In this document: positions 1 to 6,721 of the stretch, one piece after another | Numbering within the stretch: position 1 is the stretch's first letter | Layout: each line of letters opens with the position of its first letter | Origin: Lachnoclostridium sp. UBA903 | GTDB lineage: Bacteria > Bacillota > Clostridia > Lachnospirales > Lachnospiraceae | Direction of reading: 5' to 3' | Assembly: GCA_002294045.1 (NCBI GenBank) | Contig: DBEP01000015.1 | Location: forward strand, 1 to 9,273 | Length of the DNA: 9,273 nt | Made by a program: the position numbers and the translations under genes | The notes under the pieces: generated by a model | Told to the model about the DNA's origin: nothing | The model's input: only the letters and a program-made list of their open reading frames with translations | Database searches by the model: none

Positions 1-1
1 G

Positions 2-478
2 CCTATTATGAGCTTTTATCACGGCAAGGGCGATAAGAAAACATTTTCTCATGTGTACGGCCTTGGGATTCGCACCAATATCATTGCCTCCATAATACTG
101 GTCGGTGCCTGTATCCTTTTTGGCAGAGGAATTGTTCCTTTGTTCCATGGCGGAAGTACCCACCTGACGGAGTTAACGGCCTATATGCTTCGTCAATACC
201 CATTGGCCTATATCTTTATAGGCATTACGCTGATGGATATTCTCTATTTCCAGACAACGGAACGGAATGCTTATGCAGCACTGATTTCTTTTGTGCGCTG
301 CATAGGATTTATACAGCTCTTTTTGCTGCTTTCCATATTTGTGTTCCATTACAAAGGGCTCTATCTTGCCTTCCTGGCCGGCGAAGTGTGCCATTTTATC
401 ATTTCGCACTTATTGGTAAAAAGAGCAAGGAAAGGTACGGAAGACGGGACCGGAGAAACACAGGTCTCCATTGAGTAG
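2..478 (+). CDS. C-terminal fragment of a polytopic membrane transporter, most like a MATE/MOP-superfamily efflux protein (5' end lies outside the window)
   Basis: The frame is open from the window edge: codons at 2-7 precede the first ATG at 8, so the ATG is probably internal. Stop is TAG 476-478. The protein has several long hydrophobic segments (IIASIILVGACILFG, LAYIFIGITLMDILYF, GFIQLFLLLSIFVF, LYLAFLAGEVCHFIISHLL) and a basic tail (KRARKG). This layout is typical of the last ~4 helices of MATE proteins. The family call is by resemblance only. Confidence 0.5.
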   Translation, partial: PIMSFYHGKGDKKTFSHVYGLGIRTNIIASIILVGACILFGRGIVPLFHGGSTHLTELTAYMLRQYPLAYIFIGITLMDILYFQTTERNAYAALISFVRCIGFIQLFLLLSIFVFHYKGLYLAFLAGEVCHFIISHLLVKRARKGTEDGTGETQVSIE

Positions 479-667
479 ACCTATCGGCGATTTTCTGATT
501 CCGGCATAATTAAAGGCATTCATTCCGGTTATTAATATATTTGCAAAAAATGTTAATTTGTACTATTATAAAAATATCCATTAAGTGTATAATCAGTGTT
601 GTATTTTTATGACAAATGTTGCCTCATCAGTGTAAATAATAGGAAACCCGGCAGCAGGAAGACCGCA

Positions 668-696
668 TTGTCAAACATAAAATGATTCTGTATAAT
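668..696 (+). promoter_or_regulatory. Candidate sigma-A promoter for the VanZ-family gene
   Basis: TTGTCA (668-673), a 17-nt spacer, then TATAAT (691-696). It lies 25 nt upstream of ATG 722. A GAGGAAGG Shine-Dalgarno site sits at 707-714. Confidence 0.5.
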
Positions 697-721
697 TAAT
701 CCGGCAGAGGAAGGCGGAAAG

Positions 722-1237
722 ATGAAGAAGCTGATAAAAGCACTATACTACTGTAGTTTTATTTTTTATGTATTAATTTTATTTTATCTTTTATTTCTTA
801 AAAGCAGAGGAGGTTATTTAAGCGGATTGCCGATTGGTGAATATATAAAATATAATTCTAATATAATACCTTTTAAAACTATAATTAGATTTTTAAAAGG
901 TCTGGTGAACCAGGATATGAACTATGATATTCCTCTTAAAAACCTGTTAGGTAATTTATTTATATTATTTCCCATGGGGCTATATCTGACAAGCAGTATA
1001 AATAAATTATCCGGTATTAAAAATTATGTGGTATTTAATGTAATTCTTTTAGTATGTATTGAATTGGGACAACTTCTTTTCAGAAGAGGAAGCTTAGACA
1101 TTGATGATTTTATTTTGAATCTGTCCGGTGCCATGCTGGGATATGTAATCTTTAATATAAAATGGGTTCAAAACGTTTTAAAAATACTTGAGTTAAAGAA
1201 ATATCCTAAAAATACAGGTTTGACAGAAAATTTATAA
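722..1237 (+). CDS. VanZ-family integral membrane protein (171 aa)
   Basis: The ORF has a Shine-Dalgarno site 7 nt upstream. It shows the VanZ-like signatures LGNLFILFPMGLYL and DIDDFILNLSGAMLGY, and four hydrophobic helices. Composition is very AT-rich. Confidence 0.8.
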   Translation: MKKLIKALYYCSFIFYVLILFYLLFLKSRGGYLSGLPIGEYIKYNSNIIPFKTIIRFLKGLVNQDMNYDIPLKNLLGNLFILFPMGLYLTSSINKLSGIKNYVVFNVILLVCIELGQLLFRRGSLDIDDFILNLSGAMLGYVIFNIKWVQNVLKILELKKYPKNTGLTENL

Positions 1238-1318
1238 GCAGACGCTGCCGAAATATCTGTTTTTATAGGATAAACATAGTTTTTGTTTCATTATCTATGG
1301 TGATATTGCTCATAAGAG

Positions 1319-1347
1319 TTGACAAAATAAATATCACGTGTTATTCT
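1319..1347 (+). promoter_or_regulatory. Candidate sigma-A promoter of the T-box leader / metG transcript
   Basis: TTGACA (1319-1324), a 17-nt spacer, then TATTCT (1342-1347), preceded by TGT (1339-1341, extended -10-like). It is positioned ~60 nt upstream of the first T-box stem I elements. Confidence 0.55.
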
Positions 1348-1410
1348 AAATTTTAGAAAATATGGGTAAACTAATTTGTATCAATTTGTTTATTCATGCA
1401 TAATAAGAAA

Positions 1411-1677
1411 AGCTGTGAAAAGAAGAGTAAGCAGGGATACCATGTACAGAGAGCTCCATAAGCTGAGAAGGAGTCACAGGTGAATTGCTGAAGATGGTCT
1501 TGGAGCTGCGCACTGAGAGGAATATTTTTTTCCTTTAGGCTGCGACGGGTGCATCCGTTATGGTGATATGCTGTCAGAAGGCAGCAGATAAGGGGCTGGC
1601 TGCGAAGTCAGGCTGAATTAAAGTGGTACCACGGGATATTGCTCTCGTCTTTAAAAAAGAAGACGGGGGCTTTTTTA
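1411..1677 (+). promoter_or_regulatory. T-box riboswitch leader, methionine-specific (AUG specifier), controlling metG by transcription attenuation
   Basis: The conserved elements occur in the canonical order. AGTA/GA motif at 1426-1429. AGAGAG (AG bulge) at 1448-1453. Candidate specifier AUG at 1494-1496, followed by a purine on the 3' side of stem I. F-box CCGTTA at 1555-1560. Stem III hairpin GCTGTC-AGAA-GGCAGC at ~1570-1585. T-box sequence AATTAAAGTGGTACCACGGG at 1616-1635. An intrinsic terminator follows immediately. The downstream gene is MetRS, which matches the AUG specifier. Confidence 0.9.
1641..1677 (+). terminator. T-box attenuator (rho-independent terminator)
   Basis: An 11-bp stem pairs GCTCTCGTCTT (1641-1651) with AAGACGGGGGC (1660-1670), including two G-U pairs. 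The loop is 8 nt, and TTTTTT follows at 1671-1676. The 5' arm can alternatively pair with the T-box sequence to form the antiterminator. Confidence 0.85.
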
Positions 1678-1813
1678 TTTGATTCAAAGTTTCGCAATTT
1701 CCTATCAAATAAAGGCATTCTGTCAGGATGCGCATGATTTGTGTAAAATATTATCAAGAGACCAATTTTATTAATAAACATTTTAAAATAGGTTGGATTT
1801 TAGGAGGGATCAT

Positions 1814-3796
1814 ATGAGTAAAAAACCGTATTACATTACAACTGCAATTGCATATACATCGGGTAAGCCCCATATCGGAAACAGTTATGAAATTGTTTTG
1901 GCAGACAGTATAGCAAGATTTAAAAGGCAGCAGGGGTACGAGGTATTTTTCCAGACCGGTACGGATGAACACGGACAAAAAATTGAAAATAAGGCATCGG
2001 ATGCCGGAATTACTCCGAAGGAATATGTAGATAAAATAGCCGGGGAAATCAAGCATATCTGGGATATTATGAATACTTCCTACGACAAATTTATCCGCAC
2101 AACGGATACTTACCATGAGAAACAGGTTCAGAAGATTTTTAAGAAGCTTTATGAAAAAGGTGATATTTATAAAGGGTATTATGAAGGCTTGTATTGTACT
2201 CCGTGTGAATCCTTTTTTACCGCCTCCCAGTTAGCGGACGGCAAATGTCCGGACTGCGGCAGAGAAGTACAGCCGGCCAAAGAAGAGGCTTATTTCCTGA
2301 AATTAAGCAATTATACCGACAGGCTTATCCAACACATTAATACTCATCCGGAATTCATCCGGCCGGAATCCAGGAAGAATGAAATGATGAACAATTTTCT
2401 GATACCGGGCCTGCAGGATTTGTGCGTATCCAGAACCTCCTTTAAATGGGGTATTCCGGTAGATTTTGATGACAAACACGTGGTATATGTGTGGCTGGAC
2501 GCCTTAAGCAATTATATTACCGGTTTAGGTTATGACGCCGACGGCAGCCACGGGGAGCTATATGAAAAATTCTGGCCGGCAGACCTTCACTTAATCGGCA
2601 AGGATATTTTACGGTTTCATACCATATACTGGCCCATTATGCTCATGGCCTTGGATGTTCCGCTGCCGAAGCAGGTATTTGGCCATCCCTGGCTGTTACA
2701 GGGGGACGGTAAGATGAGTAAATCCAAAGGCAATGTGCTGTACGCCGATGAACTGGTTAATTTTTTTGGAGTGGATGCCGTACGTTATTTTGTACTTCAT
2801 GAAATGCCGTTTGACAACGACGGTGTCATTACATGGGAGTTGATGGTGGAAAGAATGAATTCGGACCTTGCCAATACCTTAGGCAATCTTGTAAACAGGA
2901 CCATATCCATGTCCAATAAGTATTTCGGCGGTACGGTCAACAACGCCGGTGTAAAGGAGCCGGTGGATGAGGAGCTGATGGAACAGGCCCTTGCAGCACC
3001 AAAAAAGGTGGTTGCCAGAATGGAGCAATTAAGGGTGGCAGACGCCATTACGGAAATATTTGCTTTATTTAAGAGATGCAACAAATATATTGATGAGACA
3101 ATGCCCTGGATTTTAGCCAAGGAAGAAGAAAAGAAAGGCAGACTGGAAACCGTTCTGTATAATCTGGTGGAAAGCATCTGCATCGGTGCAAGCCTGTTAG
3201 AGTCCTTTATGCCGGAAACTTCTTCTAAAATCCTGAAACAGTTAAATGCAGAAGCAAGAACCATTGATGAGCTGGAGCAGTATGGTGTATATCCATCCGG
3301 CACAAAGGTGACGGAAACACCCGAAATTTTATTTGCACGATTGGATTTACAAGAGGTATTGGATAAAGTGGAAGACATAAAAGAAGCGGAAGAAAAGGAA
3401 ACGGAAACTTCAGGAGAAAGAGGGGAACAGTCCGGAAACAGCCAGGCATTTATTGACCTCCCGGCCAAAGAGGAAATCACTTTTGATGATTTTATGAAAT
3501 TACAGTTCCAGGTTGGGGAAATAATAGCCTGTGAAGAGGTTCCGAAATCCAAAAAACTGCTTTGCTCCCAGGTTAAAATCGGAAGCCAGGTGAAACAGAT
3601 TGTGTCCGGCATTAAAGCCTATTATTCACCGGAAGAGATGGTCGGCAAAAAAGTAATGGTCCTGGTAAATTTAAAACCTGCAAAATTAGCAGGGGTTTTA
3701 TCCGAAGGCATGCTGCTATGCGCAGAAGATGAGAAAGGCGGGCTGGCGCTTGTGGTACCGGAGAAAGATATGCCTGCCGGTGCGGAAATCTGCTGA
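1814..3796 (+). CDS. metG: Methionine--tRNA ligase (MetRS), 660 aa, with a C-terminal Trbp111/EMAPII-like tRNA-binding domain
   Basis: The start is taken at ATG 1814 (MSKKPYYITT...), 5 nt after AGGAGGGA (1802-1809), not at the track's ATG 1793. Class I motifs are present: HIGN (KPHIGNSYE) and KMSKS (GKMSKSKGN). A zinc knuckle is present: CTPCES...CPDCG. An acidic linker (EEKETETSGERGEQ) precedes an OB-fold tail (FQVGEIIACEEVPKSKKLL...GMLLCAED). Stop is TGA 3794-3796. Confidence 0.95.
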   Translation: MSKKPYYITTAIAYTSGKPHIGNSYEIVLADSIARFKRQQGYEVFFQTGTDEHGQKIENKASDAGITPKEYVDKIAGEIKHIWDIMNTSYDKFIRTTDTYHEKQVQKIFKKLYEKGDIYKGYYEGLYCTPCESFFTASQLADGKCPDCGREVQPAKEEAYFLKLSNYTDRLIQHINTHPEFIRPESRKNEMMNNFLIPGLQDLCVSRTSFKWGIPVDFDDKHVVYVWLDALSNYITGLGYDADGSHGELYEKFWPADLHLIGKDILRFHTIYWPIMLMALDVPLPKQVFGHPWLLQGDGKMSKSKGNVLYADELVNFFGVDAVRYFVLHEMPFDNDGVITWELMVERMNSDLANTLGNLVNRTISMSNKYFGGTVNNAGVKEPVDEELMEQALAAPKKVVARMEQLRVADAITEIFALFKRCNKYIDETMPWILAKEEEKKGRLETVLYNLVESICIGASLLESFMPETSSKILKQLNAEARTIDELEQYGVYPSGTKVTETPEILFARLDLQEVLDKVEDIKEAEEKETETSGERGEQSGNSQAFIDLPAKEEITFDDFMKLQFQVGEIIACEEVPKSKKLLCSQVKIGSQVKQIVSGIKAYYSPEEMVGKKVMVLVNLKPAKLAGVLSEGMLLCAEDEKGGLALVVPEKDMPAGAEIC

Positions 3797-3860
3797 TTTA
3801 TGCGCAATGGAGCGGTCCGTTTAATATATTTTTATACTTTTAATCCATAAACAGTATCAT

Positions 3861-3928
3861 AAACCTGATATTATTCGGAGCCTTGATAACCGGAAGGTAA
3901 TCGGTGCCCCGGGTCATATCAGGTTTTT
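3861..3928 (+). terminator. Candidate metG terminator: long-range hairpin followed by a T-run
   Basis: An 11-bp perfect inverted repeat pairs AAACCTGATAT (3861-3871) with ATATCAGGTTT (3916-3926). The T-run extends to 3928. The enclosed 44 nt can form a small inner stem, ACCG (3889-3892) with CGGT (3902-3905). The loop is large for a canonical terminator, so confidence is moderate. Confidence 0.4.
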
Positions 3929-3931
3929 ATA

Positions 3932-4543
3932 CTATTGCTGTGCCAGAGGTTTATCCAGTTCCGTATTCAAGGCATAGAAGTTCCTGGAATCCAATCTTTC
4001 CTGTACCCTTACCAATGCTTCGCCAAAACGCTGGAAATGAACTACTTCGCGTTCTCTTAAGAACCGGATGGGGGCAATAATTTCCGGGTCTGTTATCAGC
4101 CGTAAAATATTATCGTAGGTAGTGCGTGCTTTTTGTTCCGCCGCCAGATCTTCATGCAGGTCCGTCAATGCATCCCCTTTTGACTGGAAGAAGCAGGAAT
4201 TAAAAGGTACGCCGCCGGCTGCCTGAGGCCAAAGAGCAGTGGTATGATCAATATAATAGGCATCAAACCCTCCGGTCTTGATTTCTTCCAGGCTTAAATT
4301 TTTAGTAAGCTGATATACGATTGCACTGATAATTTCCATGTGAGCCAGTTCTTCCGTACCGATATCCGTTAATAAGCCGGCAACCTCTTTATATGGCATG
4401 GAATATCTTTGGGACAGATACCGCATGGATGCGGCCAGTTCACCGTCCGGTCCGCCGAACTGACTGATAATAAGCTGAGCCATTTTAGGATTCGGGTTTG
4501 TTATATTTACCGGAAACTGTAGTCTTCTTTCATAGGTCCACAT
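3932..4543 (-). CDS. cotJC: Spore coat protein CotJC (manganese-catalase / ferritin-like family), 203 aa
   Basis: The N-terminus MWTYERRLQFPVNITNPNPKMAQLIISQFGGPDGELAASMRYLSQRY is characteristic of CotJC. Di-metal ligand-like motifs are present: ELAASMRY, EELAHMEII, REREVVHFQRF. A Shine-Dalgarno site AAGGAGAGGT (complement of 4551-4560) lies ~8 nt upstream. It is the last gene of a three-gene operon. Confidence 0.9.
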   Translation of the reverse strand: MWTYERRLQFPVNITNPNPKMAQLIISQFGGPDGELAASMRYLSQRYSMPYKEVAGLLTDIGTEELAHMEIISAIVYQLTKNLSLEEIKTGGFDAYYIDHTTALWPQAAGGVPFNSCFFQSKGDALTDLHEDLAAEQKARTTYDNILRLITDPEIIAPIRFLREREVVHFQRFGEALVRVQERLDSRNFYALNTELDKPLAQQ

Positions 4544-4546
4544 ACA

Positions 4547-4801
4547 TTACACCTCTCCTTCCCAGGGCCATGGACTGTCCACCCAGGTCCATTGATTTTC
4601 TTCCTTTACGCAGTAAGGCAGGATGGGTCCGAAATTTGTTTCGTAATCCTCCAGTATTTGTGTCCGCTGTTTCTTAAAGTTTTCGAAACTTGACAACGCC
4701 TCTTTTTCGAAAGGATGGGTGTCCAGGAACAATCTAAGGTCGTCAAGTGCAAAACTGACAGCTTGCAACTTCTTCATAGAGTTATATTTATCCTGATTCA
4801 T
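4547..4801 (-). CDS. cotJB: Spore coat protein CotJB, 84 aa
   Basis: Small protein with the CotJB-like motif LQAVSFALDDLRLFLDTHP and a W-rich tail (WTWVDSPWPWEGE). A GGAGGG Shine-Dalgarno site (complement of 4810-4815) lies 8 nt upstream. Its ATG overlaps the cotJA stop (ATGA, 4801-4798). Its stop lies 3 nt before the cotJC ATG. Confidence 0.85.
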   Translation of the reverse strand: MNQDKYNSMKKLQAVSFALDDLRLFLDTHPFEKEALSSFENFKKQRTQILEDYETNFGPILPYCVKEENQWTWVDSPWPWEGEV

Positions 4802-5043
4802 AAAAGTGTCCCTCCAATTCCGTAAAAAGGCATATCCAGTTCTTTAAACAGGGTGCCAACCTCTAATGCATAATCCGGCTCGTATAATTCCTTAAATTGC
4901 TGCACGGGAATATATGCCATTGCCAGGGAGGGGGCAGAAAGAGCTTCTTTTTCACCGCTGTCGCAGGGAAGGGTGGGAATTCCGGACTTTGAACAATCCT
5001 TTGGAGCTATTGTGAGGTCAGCCTGTACTATACTCATACTCAT
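4798..5043 (-). CDS. cotJA: Spore coat-associated protein CotJA, 81 aa
   Basis: CotJA-like core: LAMAYIPVQQFKELYEPDYALEVGTLFKELDMPF. The start is moved to ATG 5043 (MSMSIVQ...). The AAAGGAG Shine-Dalgarno site lies inside the track's longer ORF, 8 nt upstream of 5043. The track's ATG 5061 has no Shine-Dalgarno site. Confidence 0.8.
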   Translation of the reverse strand: MSMSIVQADLTIAPKDCSKSGIPTLPCDSGEKEALSAPSLAMAYIPVQQFKELYEPDYALEVGTLFKELDMPFYGIGGTLL

Positions 5044-5329
5044 ATATAAAACTCCTTTCATAATTAAAAAAGTAGAATAAAAAAATTCCTCAAAATTAGT
5101 TTGGCTTTACAGTAATAATAAAATACTAGTAATAATAAGTATCAAAACCATATTTTATGATTATGTGCCGAGAGTTTAAAATTAAAAATAATGATTTAAA
5201 AAATTTAGTAATTTCCTAATTTCCCATTTGGCATACGATTGAATAATTATTCCAGGAAAAAGAACTGCTGCCGTTATCCGATAAATCTAAGATGCAACGA
5301 ATAGTTGCGGGAAGGCATCCATATATTTC

Positions 5330-5358
5330 TTTACTTAGAAAGCGTCTGAGATTAGACT
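5330..5358 (+). promoter_or_regulatory. Weak candidate sigma-A promoter for the XRE-TM / phosphatidyltransferase pair
   Basis: TTTACT (5330-5335), a 17-nt spacer, then TAGACT (5353-5358). It lies 35 nt upstream of ATG 5393. Only a 4/6 match in each hexamer. Confidence 0.25.
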
Positions 5359-5392
5359 TAAGAAAGTAAACAATATTGAAAGGAGTAATATT

Positions 5393-5977
5393 ATGGACTT
5401 AGGAAGCAGAATTAAAGAAGAACGTGAAAAGTTAAATTTATCACAGGATGAATTGGCAGAAAAGATGGATATTTCCCGGCAGGCGATTTCCAAATGGGAA
5501 ACAGGAAAAAGTTACCCCGACATTGAAAAAATATTAAAGCTTTCAAATCTGTTTCATCTGTCTCTGGATGAGCTGGTAAAAGGGGATAAAGCTTTTCAGG
5601 AAAATTTGATTAAAGAAGGAAAGGCGGGTATGTCCGGTTTGACAATCCTGGGATATGTGACGGCGGCGCTGGGTATAATCGTGTGTGTCTGGGGCGGAGC
5701 AGAATATTCTTTCAGCCTGACGGACGGCAGCTTTATGTCGTTTTTAGTCGGGGGTCTTGTTTTAATAACCTGCGGCCTGGCATGCATCCGAAGTACCCCA
5801 ATCCGGCTGTTATTGGGAGCTTTATATATAACAGGGGCTGCGGTTATAGTTTATATGATAGGGCTTCGGATGCCGCTGTATGTGCTGCTGTCAGGAATCG
5901 TTGTAACTTCAGGCCTTGCGTGGTGGCTCACAACTATAATTTTAAATGTTAAAAAAAAAGCTTTATTTAAGAAATAA
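5393..5977 (+). CDS. Membrane-anchored XRE-family helix-turn-helix transcriptional regulator (N-terminal HTH_3 plus 4 predicted TM helices), 194 aa
   Basis: An AGGAG Shine-Dalgarno site (5381-5385) lies 7 nt upstream. The N-terminus LSQDELAEKMDISRQAISKWETGKSYPDIEKILKLSNLFHLSLDELV is a classic Cro/C1-type HTH. The C-terminal 115 aa form four hydrophobic stretches: LTILGYVTAALGIIVCVWGG, FMSFLVGGLVLITCGLACI, LLLGALYITGAAVIVYMIGL, LYVLLSGIVVTSGLAWWLTTIIL. Confidence 0.8.
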   Translation: MDLGSRIKEEREKLNLSQDELAEKMDISRQAISKWETGKSYPDIEKILKLSNLFHLSLDELVKGDKAFQENLIKEGKAGMSGLTILGYVTAALGIIVCVWGGAEYSFSLTDGSFMSFLVGGLVLITCGLACIRSTPIRLLLGALYITGAAVIVYMIGLRMPLYVLLSGIVVTSGLAWWLTTIILNVKKKALFKK

Positions 5978-5990
5978 GCGGAGGAGCCAT

Positions 5991-6575
5991 ATGAAAAAAT
6001 GCCTTCGCTTTTTACCAAACGCCATAACCGTTCTCCGGATTATTTTAACCGTATTGTTTATGGTGATACTGGCAGGGCGGCTGGCTCAAGGTTCCGCTGG
6101 GATACCGGCCGGGCTGTATTTCATTTTTGGGTTCATATGCCTTTCCGACTTTTTGGACGGAGCGGTTGCACGCGGTCTGAAAGCAGAATCCGGGCCGGGG
6201 AGTATTCTGGATATCTTGGCCGACAGCCTGTTTATTTTTTCTTCACTTATTATTTTCGATTTCTACGGAGTGATGCCGGTATGGTTTACGGCGGTTGTTC
6301 TTGCCGACTTTCTGGCTTTTCTGATGACATCAGGGTTTCTGCTGCATATTAAGCCGGATAAAGGCCGGAGTTATTTTGTTTTTGACAAGGCCGGCCGGAT
6401 TACCGCTGTCATCTTTTATATCATTCCGGCAGCGGCCTGCGTGGCCTATGCCCATCCCGCCTGGAAAAGCCTGTTAAATGTGATGATTTATCTCTCTGTT
6501 TTTACGGCAGGTGTTTCCATGTCGGGGAGGTGTGTTTCCTGTTTTTTATCTCTGAAGATTATAAAAAGATATTAA
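5991..6575 (+). CDS. CDP-alcohol phosphatidyltransferase family protein (PgsA-sized, divergent), 194 aa
   Basis: The start is taken at ATG 5991 (MKKCLRFLPNAITVLRI...), 4 nt after GGAGGAG (5980-5986), not at the track's 5946. It contains an exact family motif D-x2-DG-x2-AR-x8-G-x3-D-x3-D (D53FLDGAVARGLKAESGPGSILDILAD78, nt 6147-6224). The protein is polytopic. It lies 13 nt downstream of the XRE-TM stop, so it is a likely operon partner. Confidence 0.85.
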   Translation: MKKCLRFLPNAITVLRIILTVLFMVILAGRLAQGSAGIPAGLYFIFGFICLSDFLDGAVARGLKAESGPGSILDILADSLFIFSSLIIFDFYGVMPVWFTAVVLADFLAFLMTSGFLLHIKPDKGRSYFVFDKAGRITAVIFYIIPAAACVAYAHPAWKSLLNVMIYLSVFTAGVSMSGRCVSCFLSLKIIKRY

Positions 6576-6624
6576 GATAATAAATTAGCACAAAACATGG
6601 TTTCTTTTTTCAGTTAAGAAAACA

Positions 6625-6653
6625 TAGACAAAGTTAAAGAAAATCACTATAAT
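6625..6653 (+). promoter_or_regulatory. Candidate sigma-A promoter for tatD
   Basis: TAGACA (6625-6630), a 17-nt spacer, then TATAAT (6648-6653). It lies ~70 nt upstream of ATG 6722. A GGGAGG Shine-Dalgarno site sits at 6711-6716. Confidence 0.5.
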
Positions 6654-6721
6654 ACAATATGAATTATAAAATAACTTAAATTTATTAATTATAATAAACA
6701 GATGATTTATGGGAGGCAGAA

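Noticed and set aside
173-409. 78-aa minus-strand ORF inside the transporter fragment, and 69-aa minus-strand ORF 8872..9081 inside rsmA
   Set aside because: Both are antisense to CDSs with clear family signatures. Neither has a Shine-Dalgarno site or a motif.
1793-1813. Longer N-terminal extensions offered by the ORF track: metG from 1793, the transferase from 5946, cotJA from 5061
   Set aside because: In each case a strong Shine-Dalgarno site lies inside the extension at the correct distance from an internal ATG (1814, 5991, 5043). The protein family N-terminus also begins at that internal Met.
2797-3612. A 271-aa ORF on the minus strand, the longest unexplained ORF in the track
   Set aside because: It is entirely antisense to the well-supported metG CDS. 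It is Ser/Leu/Phe-rich and low-complexity, with no Shine-Dalgarno site and no recognisable motif. This is a typical shadow ORF of a GAA/AAG-rich gene. The same reasoning applies to 1754..2116, 3225..3449 and 3622..3807 on the minus strand.
5231-5240. CATACGAT on the + strand, resembling a sigma-E/sigma-K -10 element (CATACA-T), and CATAAAAT on the minus strand (complement of 5152-5159) as a cotJ sigma-E -10
   Set aside because: Neither has an acceptable -35 element at the required ~14-nt spacing. Such A/T-rich octamers are frequent in this spacer.
5596-6352. Alternative-frame ORFs 5596..5787 (-), 5683..5952 (+) and 5999..6352 (+)
   Set aside because: They are nested inside the XRE-TM and CDP-alcohol phosphatidyltransferase genes, whose frames carry diagnostic motifs. 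The alternatives are Arg/Gly/Pro-rich, as expected for off-frame reading of locally GC-rich membrane-protein genes, and they lack Shine-Dalgarno sites.
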